Below, one piece after another: positions 9,331 to 18,137 of a stretch of DNA of 64,000 nucleotides (its first letter is position 1; each line of letters opens with the position of its first letter). The stretch comes from an uncultured bacterium. Lineage in GTDB: Bacteria; Chloroflexota; Anaerolineae; B4-G1. Location: NCBI GenBank assembly GCA_965612745.1, contig CBFDTD010000003.1, positions 1,816 through 65,815 on the forward strand, in the 5' to 3' direction. The translations under genes and the position numbers were made by a program. The notes below the pieces were generated by a model. It was not told where the DNA came from and made no database searches. It saw only the letters and a list, made by a program, of their open reading frames with translations.

Positions 9331-10191
9331 CTAATTCGGCGATGGTTCTACCAGGATGGCCGTGATGTTGTCACGTCCTCCGGCCTGATTTGCGGCCGTG
9401 ACCAGACCCTCGCATGCTGCCTGAAGCGAGTAGGAAGTCGTTACAATGTGGATCATCTCCGCCTCGCTCACCATACTCCATAGCCCGTCACTGCAAAGCA
9501 GCAGACGCCCCCCCTGAGGGATAGTTCGTATGTAAGTGTCCACTTCCAGCACACCTTTCTGGCCGACGGCACGGTACAGCACGTTCTTCTGCGGGTGAAT
9601 AGCGGCCTCCTCGCGCGTAAGTTGCCCTAACTCGACCAGACGGTCCACCAGCGAGTGATCGTGGGTGATCTGATCCAGTTTCCCCTCCGTGACAATGTAG
9701 GCCCGGCTATCTCCTACGTGGGCGACGTAGGCTCGCGGCCCGAGCACCAGCGCGCAGGTCAGGGTTGTGCCCCCACCGGGCACTTGATCCGTCACCGCCC
9801 TATTGGCCGCTCGCACTGCATCCACGAGCATCTCCTTCAGCGCAGGTTGCTCCGTGCCACGCTCATTGCTGACGAGTGTCGGCAGATAGAATTGGTGCAT
9901 GATGCGATGAGCCACGATGCGGGCTGCCAAAGAACTGGCGACCTCTCCAGCCTGGTGTCCTCCCATACCGTCGGCCAGGACGAAAAGCCCAAACGGGGGG
10001 AGCGCATCGTCACCATCGTGAGTGGCTGTGATTATGAGCGCTGCATCCTCATTGTGGCGGCGCACCTCACCCACGTCGGTGGCCCACCCGACTTTGAGCC
10101 TGGGACGGGCGGTGGCAGCCACAGGCGGGGACGGGGGATTTGGCGATGTGGATGTTTTCCTCACCCCTAGAAGACTACGTATGAGTTGCAT
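9331..10191 (-). CDS. PP2C-family Ser/Thr protein phosphatase
   Basis: LADGMGGHQAGEVAS, DSRAY, LLCSDGLW, GGRDNITA motifs of PPM phosphatases. Confidence 0.85.
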   Translation of the reverse strand: MQLIRSLLGVRKTSTSPNPPSPPVAATARPRLKVGWATDVGEVRRHNEDAALIITATHDGDDALPPFGLFVLADGMGGHQAGEVASSLAARIVAHRIMHQFYLPTLVSNERGTEQPALKEMLVDAVRAANRAVTDQVPGGGTTLTCALVLGPRAYVAHVGDSRAYIVTEGKLDQITHDHSLVDRLVELGQLTREEAAIHPQKNVLYRAVGQKGVLEVDTYIRTIPQGGRLLLCSDGLWSMVSEAEMIHIVTTSYSLQAACEGLVTAANQAGGRDNITAILVEPSPN

Positions 10192-10221
10192 AGCTACTCT
10201 CTCCCACTAAACAGTGCAGCC

Positions 10222-12219
10222 TCAGGCAGGGAGCGCATACACGTAACGGTCGGTGGATCCAATGTAGACCACGCCGTCCACTATCACAGGCGACGACGTC
10301 ACTGCTCCCTCAGTCTGAAAGCGCCACCGCAAAGCGCCCGTTTGGGCATCCAGGCTGTAGATAGCCCCATCTACCGAACCAAAGTATACCGCCCCTTCGT
10401 CCACGGCGGGGGAAGAAGTCACCTGACCGTCCGTAGCATAACGCCACACCAGATGACCACTCTCGGCATTCAGAGCGTAGAGGTAGCCATCCACGGAGCC
10501 AATGAAGACCAGGCCCCCGCTGACGGCAGGTGAGGACACGACCGGTCCACCGGTGCGATAGCGCCACACCGACCAGCCCGAGCGGATGTCCAGGCTGTAA
10601 ACGTGCCAGTCCTGGCTGCCCACATAGACCATCTCCTCGGCGAGGGCGGGGGATGAGGTCACGCCACGCCGGGCACGAAAGCGCCAGCGCAATTGACCAC
10701 TGATGTCTACAGCGTAGACCATTCCTCCCTCACATCCCACGTAGATCGCGTCATTTCCGATGGCTGGCGACGAACGCACCGGTCCCTCTGCCTCGAACAC
10801 CCAGGCGACACGGCCGCTATGTATATTGGCCGCATAGAGGTGTTGATCGTCGGAGCCAAAGAATACGTGATTAAAGGCGACGCGGGGCGATGACCACACA
10901 CACCCTTGAGTGGGACAGGTCCAAAAGATGCGCCCCGTATCAGCGTTGATCGCATACAGCGCCCGGTCTGCGGAACCGACGAACACACGCCCTTCGTGCA
11001 CGCAGGGGGACGAAGCAATACCTCCTTCGGTAGCGTACTTCCACAGGAACTTCCCATTCTCGGCATTGATAGCGTAGAGATTGTGGTCGTAAGAGCCGAC
11101 GTAGAGGATGCCGTTATGTACCGCCGGTGAGGAGCGGACTTCGTCCTCGCACGCGAAGCGCCACAGGGCCACGACGTCGCTGCTGATGAAGGCCGGAGTG
11201 CCGAAAGAGGTTGTTCCGGTGATACCACGGGTGGAACTCAGGCTCATCAGTGCGCGCTTCATCTCCTCGACCGAGCCGTAGCGCCTGTTGGCGTCGTATT
11301 CCACCGCTCGGTTGATGATTTCCACCAATTCACGGGATACGCTGGGATTGGTTCTGTGAATGGGACGTTCGTGGAAGGAGAATGGCGGCTCTAGTCGTGG
11401 ATCCTGTTTGCTGAGCAGGTGATGCATCGTGGCTCCCAGAGCGTAAATATCCACTCGGGGTTCGGCGATGCCTCGATACTGCTCCGGCGGTGAGTAACCC
11501 TCGGTGCCGATCATAGTGCCTTTCTGGTCAACCTGGAAGATCTTGGCGATGCCGAAATCCACCAGCCGAATGCGGCCATGGTTATCGAGCATGATGTTGG
11601 AGGGCTTGATGTCACGAAAGATGATTGGCTGCGGCTTATGGCTGTGTAGGTAACTCAGCACTTCGCAGATCTGAATAGCCCAGTTCACCACCTGAGCCTC
11701 GGGCAGGAAGCCAGGCGTCTCAAGCAGGAGGGCTTCCAGGTCCTTACCATCTACGTACTCGAGGACAAGGTAACTGCGGTCGCCCTCATTGAAATAATCA
11801 TAGACCTGAACAATACCGGGATGGCTGAGGGTGGCGAGGATACTGGCTTCGCGCTCGAAACTGCGTTTGATCATAGCCCGCACCTGGGGATCCGTGGCAG
11901 TATTGAGCATCTCCTTGACGACGCATAGGCGGGTGACGTTGGGGAAGCGCAGATCCTGGGCCTTGTAGACGGCGCTCATGCCACCAAGCCCCAGCACTCC
12001 CAGAACACGGTAGCGGTTCTGAAGCAAGTGACCATCGGGAAGTCGCCCCTTGACGTGTTCAGGTTGCCGGGGCGGGGAAATGCCTGGCTGTGCTGCCGGC
12101 CCTTTTGAAGAGGAGGAGGATGGGATGCGCGGCTCTTGCGAAGGTTCGGCCTCTGGCGCAGCAGGTCCACTGGAAGAAAAATCGGTTATCTCAATATGCC
12201 GAGTCTCAAGAGACTTCAT
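10222..12219 (-). CDS. Ser/Thr protein kinase with C-terminal PQQ-repeat beta-propeller
   Basis: Hanks kinase motifs (VVKEML, HRDIKPSNIML, DFGIAK, GTEGYSPPE). At least 7 PQQ-like repeats (SSPAV..G.VY.GS.DG.LYALDA.TG..W). Start is uncertain: M22 at 12219 is preferred because a promoter-like TTGCAT-N17-TATAAT lies inside the longer ORF-track start (12282). Confidence 0.8.
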   Translation of the reverse strand: MKSLETRHIEITDFSSSGPAAPEAEPSQEPRIPSSSSSKGPAAQPGISPPRQPEHVKGRLPDGHLLQNRYRVLGVLGLGGMSAVYKAQDLRFPNVTRLCVVKEMLNTATDPQVRAMIKRSFEREASILATLSHPGIVQVYDYFNEGDRSYLVLEYVDGKDLEALLLETPGFLPEAQVVNWAIQICEVLSYLHSHKPQPIIFRDIKPSNIMLDNHGRIRLVDFGIAKIFQVDQKGTMIGTEGYSPPEQYRGIAEPRVDIYALGATMHHLLSKQDPRLEPPFSFHERPIHRTNPSVSRELVEIINRAVEYDANRRYGSVEEMKRALMSLSSTRGITGTTSFGTPAFISSDVVALWRFACEDEVRSSPAVHNGILYVGSYDHNLYAINAENGKFLWKYATEGGIASSPCVHEGRVFVGSADRALYAINADTGRIFWTCPTQGCVWSSPRVAFNHVFFGSDDQHLYAANIHSGRVAWVFEAEGPVRSSPAIGNDAIYVGCEGGMVYAVDISGQLRWRFRARRGVTSSPALAEEMVYVGSQDWHVYSLDIRSGWSVWRYRTGGPVVSSPAVSGGLVFIGSVDGYLYALNAESGHLVWRYATDGQVTSSPAVDEGAVYFGSVDGAIYSLDAQTGALRWRFQTEGAVTSSPVIVDGVVYIGSTDRYVYALPA

Positions 12220-12253
12220 ATCCCGATTCCTGCATACGCTTAACGTATTGTGA

Positions 12254-12282
12254 ATTATAGAGCCAAGTGAGTAAACATGCAA
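12254..12282 (-). promoter_or_regulatory. Candidate sigma70 promoter of the STK operon (TTGCAT-N17-TATAAT, minus strand)
   Basis: rc 12277-12282 is TTGCAT, 17-nt spacer, rc 12254-12259 is TATAAT. Lies 35 nt upstream of the ATG at 12219. Confidence 0.35.
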
Positions 12283-12391
12283 TTGGACAAAGGTACCATT
12301 TTCGTGGTTCTATGGCTCCCAGCCGTCGTAATGAGCGCTTGATCGGTTTGGCGATGCATGCTCGCGGCAGTAGGACAGAATAAGGTGAGGT

Positions 12392-13816
12392 CTATGGCGA
12401 GATGTTGAAATAGTTGTAAGTGGCAGTGGCGATGTCGGCCATAAGGGGTGCGCTCTCCTCCCATTCCAGCCATTCGGGACGGTAGAGAAAGATGACGAGC
12501 ACGAAATCACCGCCTGGGCTAAACACGAGCGCCGCATCGGCGTGGGTGTCGCCGGTCCAGCCGTGTTTGTGTGCCACTTTGGTGCCCACTGGGACCCCGG
12601 CCTCGATGAGGCTATCAATGCGATTCTCACTCATCCACTCGATCATCTGGTTGCACTCATCGTCAGTAAAAGCGCCGGGGTAAGCGACCATCAGCGCGCC
12701 GCCGCCGTGGCTGCACTGATAGATCATCTCCAATAGCAATCCTATGTCCAGCGGCGTGGTCTGTATGAACGGGTCGGGCCGGGTGGTAATGTCGGTACGG
12801 GAATTGGCCGGCGTGACAATAGTCAGTGGAGCCTCTTCGTCGTAGGGGGCCGCCATGAAGGTGTTTCTCAGCCCCAGATACTGCATCGAAGCGGTGAGGT
12901 TTTCGGCCCCCTGAAACTCGTCACCATTGTCTATGACGTCCCGCAGCAGCAAATTGGCAGTGAAATTACCGCTGAGGGTCATCGTCTCGCTAAGCAGTCG
13001 GGTCATTTCGACGTCGGGAGGCTCGTCGAGAGCCCGGTAGGCTTCTTCCAGGATGGCGATCTTGAGCACACTCAACCCGGCGTAGGCGACATCGGCGTTG
13101 ATCCCCAGTTCATCCCCGGTCTGTAGGTCCTTGACGAAGATGCCGGGTATCAGGCCCTCGTGGTCATCCAGGAGAGATTGGAGCAACTGGCCCAGTATGT
13201 CCAGGTCCAGCGGTGGGGCCTCTTTCGTCTGGACGGTCAGTTCGACTCGCCGGTTGGTAGCCGAGACGAGGGCTTTGGCGACCTGGGGGCGGGAGGCCTC
13301 GATATCCAGTTCGTGGCCCGGCTGACCGGGGCGGAAGGTCAGGCTGGCCGGGAGTGGGACCGGCTCCTGTGGCGGTTGGTCGTACTGTCCGGCAATGCGG
13401 GCCAGAAAGCCGTCGAGCCGCTCGTCCGAGTAACTGACCACCACAGGGACGTCCACTGGGGCGGGCGGGCGGCGCAGGATGTGAGCGATGAAGCCATCGA
13501 GTCCTCTCTGTGCAGCCAGTGCCGCATCTAGATTGGCTGCTGTGGCCTCGGCATCGTAGCGCAACTCGACGCTATCGGGGGGGAGGGAGAGATGCTGTTC
13601 CTGGTACTCAAGTTCGACAGGTGTGGCAAAGGCCACCTCGAGCGCATTGAGTGCTTGTTCGCGCGTCATTCCCTCCACTGACATACCGGCCATCGTCATC
13701 CCGACGGGCAGAGTGCGGGTAGCCAGGCGATAGTCGAAGTACTGCCACGCGAGGAAAAGCACAATGACGATGGCAACGATGATGAGCCAGGCGATACATC
13801 CGGTTCTACGTCGCAA
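12392..13816 (-). CDS. Membrane-anchored serine hydrolase, class A beta-lactamase / PBP-like fold
   Basis: N-terminal TM helix. S-x-x-K (GLSVLKIAIL), an SGN(SDN-like) motif and K-H-G-W-T-G (KTG-like) motif in order. 474 aa. Confidence 0.5.
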   Translation of the reverse strand: MRRRTGCIAWLIIVAIVIVLFLAWQYFDYRLATRTLPVGMTMAGMSVEGMTREQALNALEVAFATPVELEYQEQHLSLPPDSVELRYDAEATAANLDAALAAQRGLDGFIAHILRRPPAPVDVPVVVSYSDERLDGFLARIAGQYDQPPQEPVPLPASLTFRPGQPGHELDIEASRPQVAKALVSATNRRVELTVQTKEAPPLDLDILGQLLQSLLDDHEGLIPGIFVKDLQTGDELGINADVAYAGLSVLKIAILEEAYRALDEPPDVEMTRLLSETMTLSGNFTANLLLRDVIDNGDEFQGAENLTASMQYLGLRNTFMAAPYDEEAPLTIVTPANSRTDITTRPDPFIQTTPLDIGLLLEMIYQCSHGGGALMVAYPGAFTDDECNQMIEWMSENRIDSLIEAGVPVGTKVAHKHGWTGDTHADAALVFSPGGDFVLVIFLYRPEWLEWEESAPLMADIATATYNYFNISP

Positions 13817-13857
13817 GGTACACCCTCCATTTCGCAGATGCTTCGTTTCGTTTCGGT

Positions 13858-15507
13858 CTAGCCGAGAAAGTCGCGCAGTTTGCGGCTGCGGCCAGGGTGG
13901 CGCAACTTTCGGAGCGCCTTGGATTCGATCTGCCGCACGCGCTCGCGTGTTACACCGAAGGCGCGCCCGACCTCTTCCAGCGTGTGGCTTTCTCCGTCCT
14001 TCAGTCCGAAGCGCATCTCCAGCACCGCGCGCTCCCGCTCACTGAGCGAATTGAGGATGGAACGTATTTGCTCCTTGAGCAGTTGGTTGGAGGTTGCGTC
14101 AACCGGCCCCAGGATGGTCTCGTCCTCGATAAAATCACCCAGCAGGCCGCTGTCCTCCGCCCCCACCGGCATCTCCAGCGACATTGGCTCCTGCGAGATG
14201 CGCATAATGCTTCGCACTTTGGCCGCAGCGCGACGCAGGCGGCGCTCCAGTGAAGGCGGTAGCGGTTCTCCTGCGGTTTGTGCGGCGAGGATGGCCTCCG
14301 TCTCCTCCGGCTCCAATAGATTCGACTCCAGTGCCAGTTCCTCCACCGTGGGCTCTCGTCCCAGTTCCTGTGCCATCTGCCGCTGGAGACGGAGGAGACG
14401 ATTGATCGTCTCCACCATGTGCACGGGGATGCGGATGGTACGGGCCTGGTCTGCAATGGCCCGGCCAATCGCCTGCCGGACCCACCAGGTGGCGTAGGTC
14501 GAAAACTTGAATCCTTTGGTGTGGTCGAATTTCTGGACGGCTCGGAGTAGCCCGATATTTCCTTCTTGGATCAGGTCGAGGAATGAGATACCGCGCCCCG
14601 TATAGTGCTTGGCGACGTTGACCACCAATCGCAGGTTGGCCCGGGTCAGAAGTTGCTGGGCCTCTAGGGCTCGCTCTTCCAGATTGGCCCATGTCGCTGC
14701 AATTTCCTCTTCACCTGGTACCCTGTGCCTGATCTTGCGCGGTGAGGGGAACTTCTTCCGCTTACGCCACTCCTCACGCAGCAGGTCCAGTGTGGATTCA
14801 GGCAGCAGGTAGAGCAGGATCAAGACGTCGAAGAGATTGCTGGTGAGCGCTTTCCAGGTTTCATCTTCCGATTCTGACCAGCCTATCTGCTCCAGGTAGT
14901 TGTAGAGATACGAAGGGCTCTCCGGCATCAATGCGTGGCGGAGTGCTGCGGCCTCATTTACCAATGCGGCCAGGTCAGGCAAAGGCAGATTCAGGTGGCT
15001 ACAGTTCTTGAGTATGGCCGACCAGGCCTTGCGGAGCGAATTCATCAAGGCAGTCAGGGTTTCCTGTCCTGTTGGTGGTCGTCCGCTCTGCTCTTTCAAA
15101 CGAGCCTGTAAGTCCTTAAGATGAACGGCTGCCTCTCGCTGGGTAGAGAGCCATATCTCCTGGTGTGGTTCCAGGAGGGGCACCCGCCCAATCTCCCGCA
15201 GGTACATGCGTACCGGGTCATCCGTAACTTCAAGCAATGCTTCGCGTGCGGTATCCGTCAGTTCTTCTTCCTCGATTTCTTCTAGTTCGTCAGGGGTGGG
15301 TTCCTCCACTTCGTCCCAGATGGCAGTGTCCCCCTGCTCGTCTGGGAGGCTCTCATCAATTGCCGATGGCGCCAAATTAGCATCGGGCAGCACCGGTGGG
15401 TCGCGATCCGGAGCGTCGAGGATGCCCCTCGTCGCTCGCATCGCCGGCTTATCTGCTGTACCAATTGGTGTAGATTGGTGTTCTTTTTCTCCTGTCATCG
15501 TACTCAA
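13858..15507 (-). CDS. rpoD: RNA polymerase sigma-70 family factor (group 1, RpoD-like)
   Basis: Region 1.2 [16 protein letters not shown]. Region 2 [36 protein letters not shown]. Region 4 [30 protein letters not shown]. Immediately downstream of dnaG (classic MMS operon). Confidence 0.85.
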   Translation of the reverse strand: MSTMTGEKEHQSTPIGTADKPAMRATRGILDAPDRDPPVLPDANLAPSAIDESLPDEQGDTAIWDEVEEPTPDELEEIEEEELTDTAREALLEVTDDPVRMYLREIGRVPLLEPHQEIWLSTQREAAVHLKDLQARLKEQSGRPPTGQETLTALMNSLRKAWSAILKNCSHLNLPLPDLAALVNEAAALRHALMPESPSYLYNYLEQIGWSESEDETWKALTSNLFDVLILLYLLPESTLDLLREEWRKRKKFPSPRKIRHRVPGEEEIAATWANLEERALEAQQLLTRANLRLVVNVAKHYTGRGISFLDLIQEGNIGLLRAVQKFDHTKGFKFSTYATWWVRQAIGRAIADQARTIRIPVHMVETINRLLRLQRQMAQELGREPTVEELALESNLLEPEETEAILAAQTAGEPLPPSLERRLRRAAAKVRSIMRISQEPMSLEMPVGAEDSGLLGDFIEDETILGPVDATSNQLLKEQIRSILNSLSERERAVLEMRFGLKDGESHTLEEVGRAFGVTRERVRQIESKALRKLRHPGRSRKLRDFLG

Positions 15508-15526
15508 GCCCCACAGGTGTAGGTGT

Positions 15527-17434
15527 TCAGGCTGCCCTGCCTCGGCTCATCCATCCCCAGCGCTGTGCCAGCGCCTGTTGTGTGCGCAGGAGTGTCTCTC
15601 TGTACGCTCGCAGGGCCTCGATATACTGTTCCGCCCGGATGTCCCCCGCCTCCTGGGCCTCAAGGGTCAGGAAACTCAGTTCCTGGCCCAACTGTCTGAG
15701 GTTGCGTTCTCGTAGTCGTAGGAGCGTCAGCACGACGTCGCGCACCAATTGCTCGTCGGCAAGTGTGGCTTCGTCGGGTGTGAGCAATCCCTCCAGCCGC
15801 GCATGCAGGTCGGTGGGCAACTGTGCTCGCAGCGCTTCGATGGGGACAGGGTGCTCGGTCGTCAGGAGTGTCTCCCACGCTTCGAAGATTGCCCGGTAAC
15901 CCACATCTTGGAAGTCCTGTCCTCGCAGGGGCTCCAGTTGGCTTTCTCTGAGTGCGTCATTGATCTGTGAGAGGATACCGGGCCGTTGCAGAAGCATCGT
16001 CAGGCAGTGCCCCTCCAGGTCGGCTGTCACGCCTCGTGATGGCGCTCTCTCCTGGGTGCGGGCCGTGCCGCGCTGTAGTCGTGCGCTCCGGCGCTCGGCG
16101 CTGCGCAGGCGGGCGTGCACGGCGCGTGCATCCACCCGTAGTGCCCTCGCTATCTTCTGCGCGTAGTCCTCCCGCTCGACCGGGTTCGCCACCGCCCGCA
16201 GGATCGGCAGCAATGTATCCACCACGCGGGCCTTGGCTTTGGTGTCGTCCGGGGCGAGTCCTTCCAGCAGAATTTGAAGGTAGAAGTCCACCACGGGGAC
16301 CGCTTCCTCGACCATCGCAGCCCAACGCTGTGGGTCTTCACGGATCAGGTCGTCCGGGTCTTGGCCGCGTGGGAGGCGGAGGACGCGGATCTCCGCTCCC
16401 AGTCGGGCTTCGTACCCCACCAGTCCTCGCGGGTCGAAGATCGGCTCCCATTCCCGCTCCAGTGCCTCGCGTGCCACTTCGACGCCGCGCAGTGTCGCCT
16501 GCACGCCTGCCGCATCGGGGTCGAGCGCGAGTACGAACCGTTTGGTGTAACGCTGGAGTTGTTTGAGTTGTGCTTCGGTCAGCGCCGTGCCCATCTGGGC
16601 CACCACGTTGGCGAACCCCGCCTGGTGGGCTTGCATCACGTCCATGTAGCCCTCGACGATGACGACTCGGTCTTCGCGGCGGATGGCCTGCCGCGCTAGG
16701 TCCAGCCCAAAGAGCGTGCGGCCCTTGTCGAAGAGCGGTGTCTGGGGAGAGTTGATGTACTTGGGCACTCCCTCCGGATCGAGCGTCCTGGCTCCAAAGC
16801 CGATCACACGCCCCTGCAAGTCACGGATGGGGATCATCAGGCGGTCACGGAAGCGGTCGTAAGTGCTGCCGCTGTCCTCCCGCTGCACGAGCAATCCGGC
16901 CTTCACGAGTTCCTCGATTGTGTAGCCTCGTTCGGTCAGGTGGCCCCGTGCGCTCTCCCAACCCGGGAGGCTATAGCCAAGCGTGAAGCGAGCGACCGTC
17001 TCGTTGCTCAGTCCGCGCCGGGCGATGTAGGTCCGCACCGCTTCGGCTTCCGGTGCGTGGCGCAGGAGGTGGTGATAGTAACGAGCCGCTTCCGCCAGGA
17101 GCCCACGCAGCCGGTCGGCCTCCTCCTCCGCCTGCCTTTGCGCCGGGGTGCGGGGCCGCAGTTCGACGCCCGCCCGTCGCGCCAGTTCCTCCAATGCAGT
17201 GCGGAAGTCCCAGCCCTCCTGCTTCATCACGAAGGTGAAGACATCGCCTCCCTCACCACAGGCTCCGAAGCAGTGCCAACGCTGGCTGTCGGGGAAGACG
17301 ACGAAGGAGGGGGTCTTCTCGGAATGGAAAGGACACAGGGCTTTATAGTTCCGCCCTGCTTTCTGCAGCGGAATGTAGGAAGAGATGACCTCGACGATGT
17401 CGAGGCGGTCTTTAATCTCGTCAATAACGCTCAC
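15527..17434 (-). CDS. dnaG: DNA primase DnaG
   Basis: CHC2 zinc finger [47 protein letters not shown]...DPD; 635 aa. Confidence 0.9.
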   Translation of the reverse strand: MSVIDEIKDRLDIVEVISSYIPLQKAGRNYKALCPFHSEKTPSFVVFPDSQRWHCFGACGEGGDVFTFVMKQEGWDFRTALEELARRAGVELRPRTPAQRQAEEEADRLRGLLAEAARYYHHLLRHAPEAEAVRTYIARRGLSNETVARFTLGYSLPGWESARGHLTERGYTIEELVKAGLLVQREDSGSTYDRFRDRLMIPIRDLQGRVIGFGARTLDPEGVPKYINSPQTPLFDKGRTLFGLDLARQAIRREDRVVIVEGYMDVMQAHQAGFANVVAQMGTALTEAQLKQLQRYTKRFVLALDPDAAGVQATLRGVEVAREALEREWEPIFDPRGLVGYEARLGAEIRVLRLPRGQDPDDLIREDPQRWAAMVEEAVPVVDFYLQILLEGLAPDDTKAKARVVDTLLPILRAVANPVEREDYAQKIARALRVDARAVHARLRSAERRSARLQRGTARTQERAPSRGVTADLEGHCLTMLLQRPGILSQINDALRESQLEPLRGQDFQDVGYRAIFEAWETLLTTEHPVPIEALRAQLPTDLHARLEGLLTPDEATLADEQLVRDVVLTLLRLRERNLRQLGQELSFLTLEAQEAGDIRAEQYIEALRAYRETLLRTQQALAQRWGWMSRGRAA

Positions 17435-17614
17435 CGGTAACTGTCGCCCCGCAAAATCCAGGCATTCTCAGCCGTCGGTTCGCCGAAGTGCTTTCCGTGG
17501 CAATTCGTGGTCAACATCTTCTCAACTATATATATTGTATTCATCCTGCCCGTTCAGGCAAACTGACGTGGGTGCTTAGCGTGTTTATTCGCCGGTTCTC
17601 GGTGCAAAGGGGGG

Positions 17615-17650
17615 TCGGAGGCCCGGCTTCTGCCGGGAAAACCCCGAGGC
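17615..17650. repeat. MITE-A hairpin-core fragment
   Basis: GGAGGCCCGGCTTCTGCCGGGAAAACCCCGAGGCTC resembles the first hairpin of MITE-A. Confidence 0.4.
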
Positions 17651-17757
17651 TCTCTGAGAGTTGCCGTGGTGGGCGCACCGGAGGTCCGAACTTGTTCGGG
17701 TTTGCCGGCGGGCAACCCCAACAAGTTGGGGCATCCGAATCCTGGCCACGGGAAATC
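17641..17757 (+). repeat. Type-B ~117-bp multi-hairpin repeat (CCGAACTTGTTCGGG / CCCCAACAAGTTGGGG hairpins)
   Basis: About 93 percent identical to the reverse complement of 60062-60178. Both copies abut a MITE-A copy. Confidence 0.7.
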
Positions 17758-17804
17758 CCAAAGATCCAACCCCGATAAATCGGGGCCTCCGTCGAGTTTT
17801 GCAC

Positions 17805-17903
17805 GGGTGTGGCTAAAATCAGTGGGACGTCCGGCTTCAGCCGGAAAATCCCCGCTGAAGCGGGGCCTCCGGCCTTTTCTCCCCACGAATTTTAGCCAGA
17901 CTC
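17805..17903 (+). mobile_element. MITE-A full copy (99 bp), TIR GGGTGTGGCTAAAAT / ATTTTAGCCAGACTC, flanked by 9-bp TSD GTTTTGCAC
   Basis: Direct repeat GTTTTGCAC at 17796-17804 and 17904-17912. Terminal inverted repeats of about 15-18 bp. Internal hairpins CCGGCTTCAGCCGG and CCCCGCTGAAGCGGGG. Confidence 0.8.
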
Positions 17904-18137
17904 GTTTTGCACCGGAAACGCGCTCTACCTCCCACGAATTCCAGCCAGAATAAACGATATGTGGCAGGCAGCCAGCGCCACCTGCCACATGGAGTTGCTC
18001 TTTGCACTGCTCAGCTGAACCGCCTCAGATACTTTTCCAAATCTCGACGAGGGATGATCCCGTACAGCGCAATGACCTTCGCCTAGTGCCTAACAGCAAA
18101 CGATATGGCCAAACCTTCAAGCGCGATAGCGGATAGA

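Noticed and set aside
12254-12282. Using the ORF-track start (12282, TTG) for the Ser/Thr kinase
   Set aside because: That TTG is part of a TTGCAT -35 box whose -10 lies inside the extension. The ATG at 12219 downstream of the promoter is preferred, but the choice is not certain.
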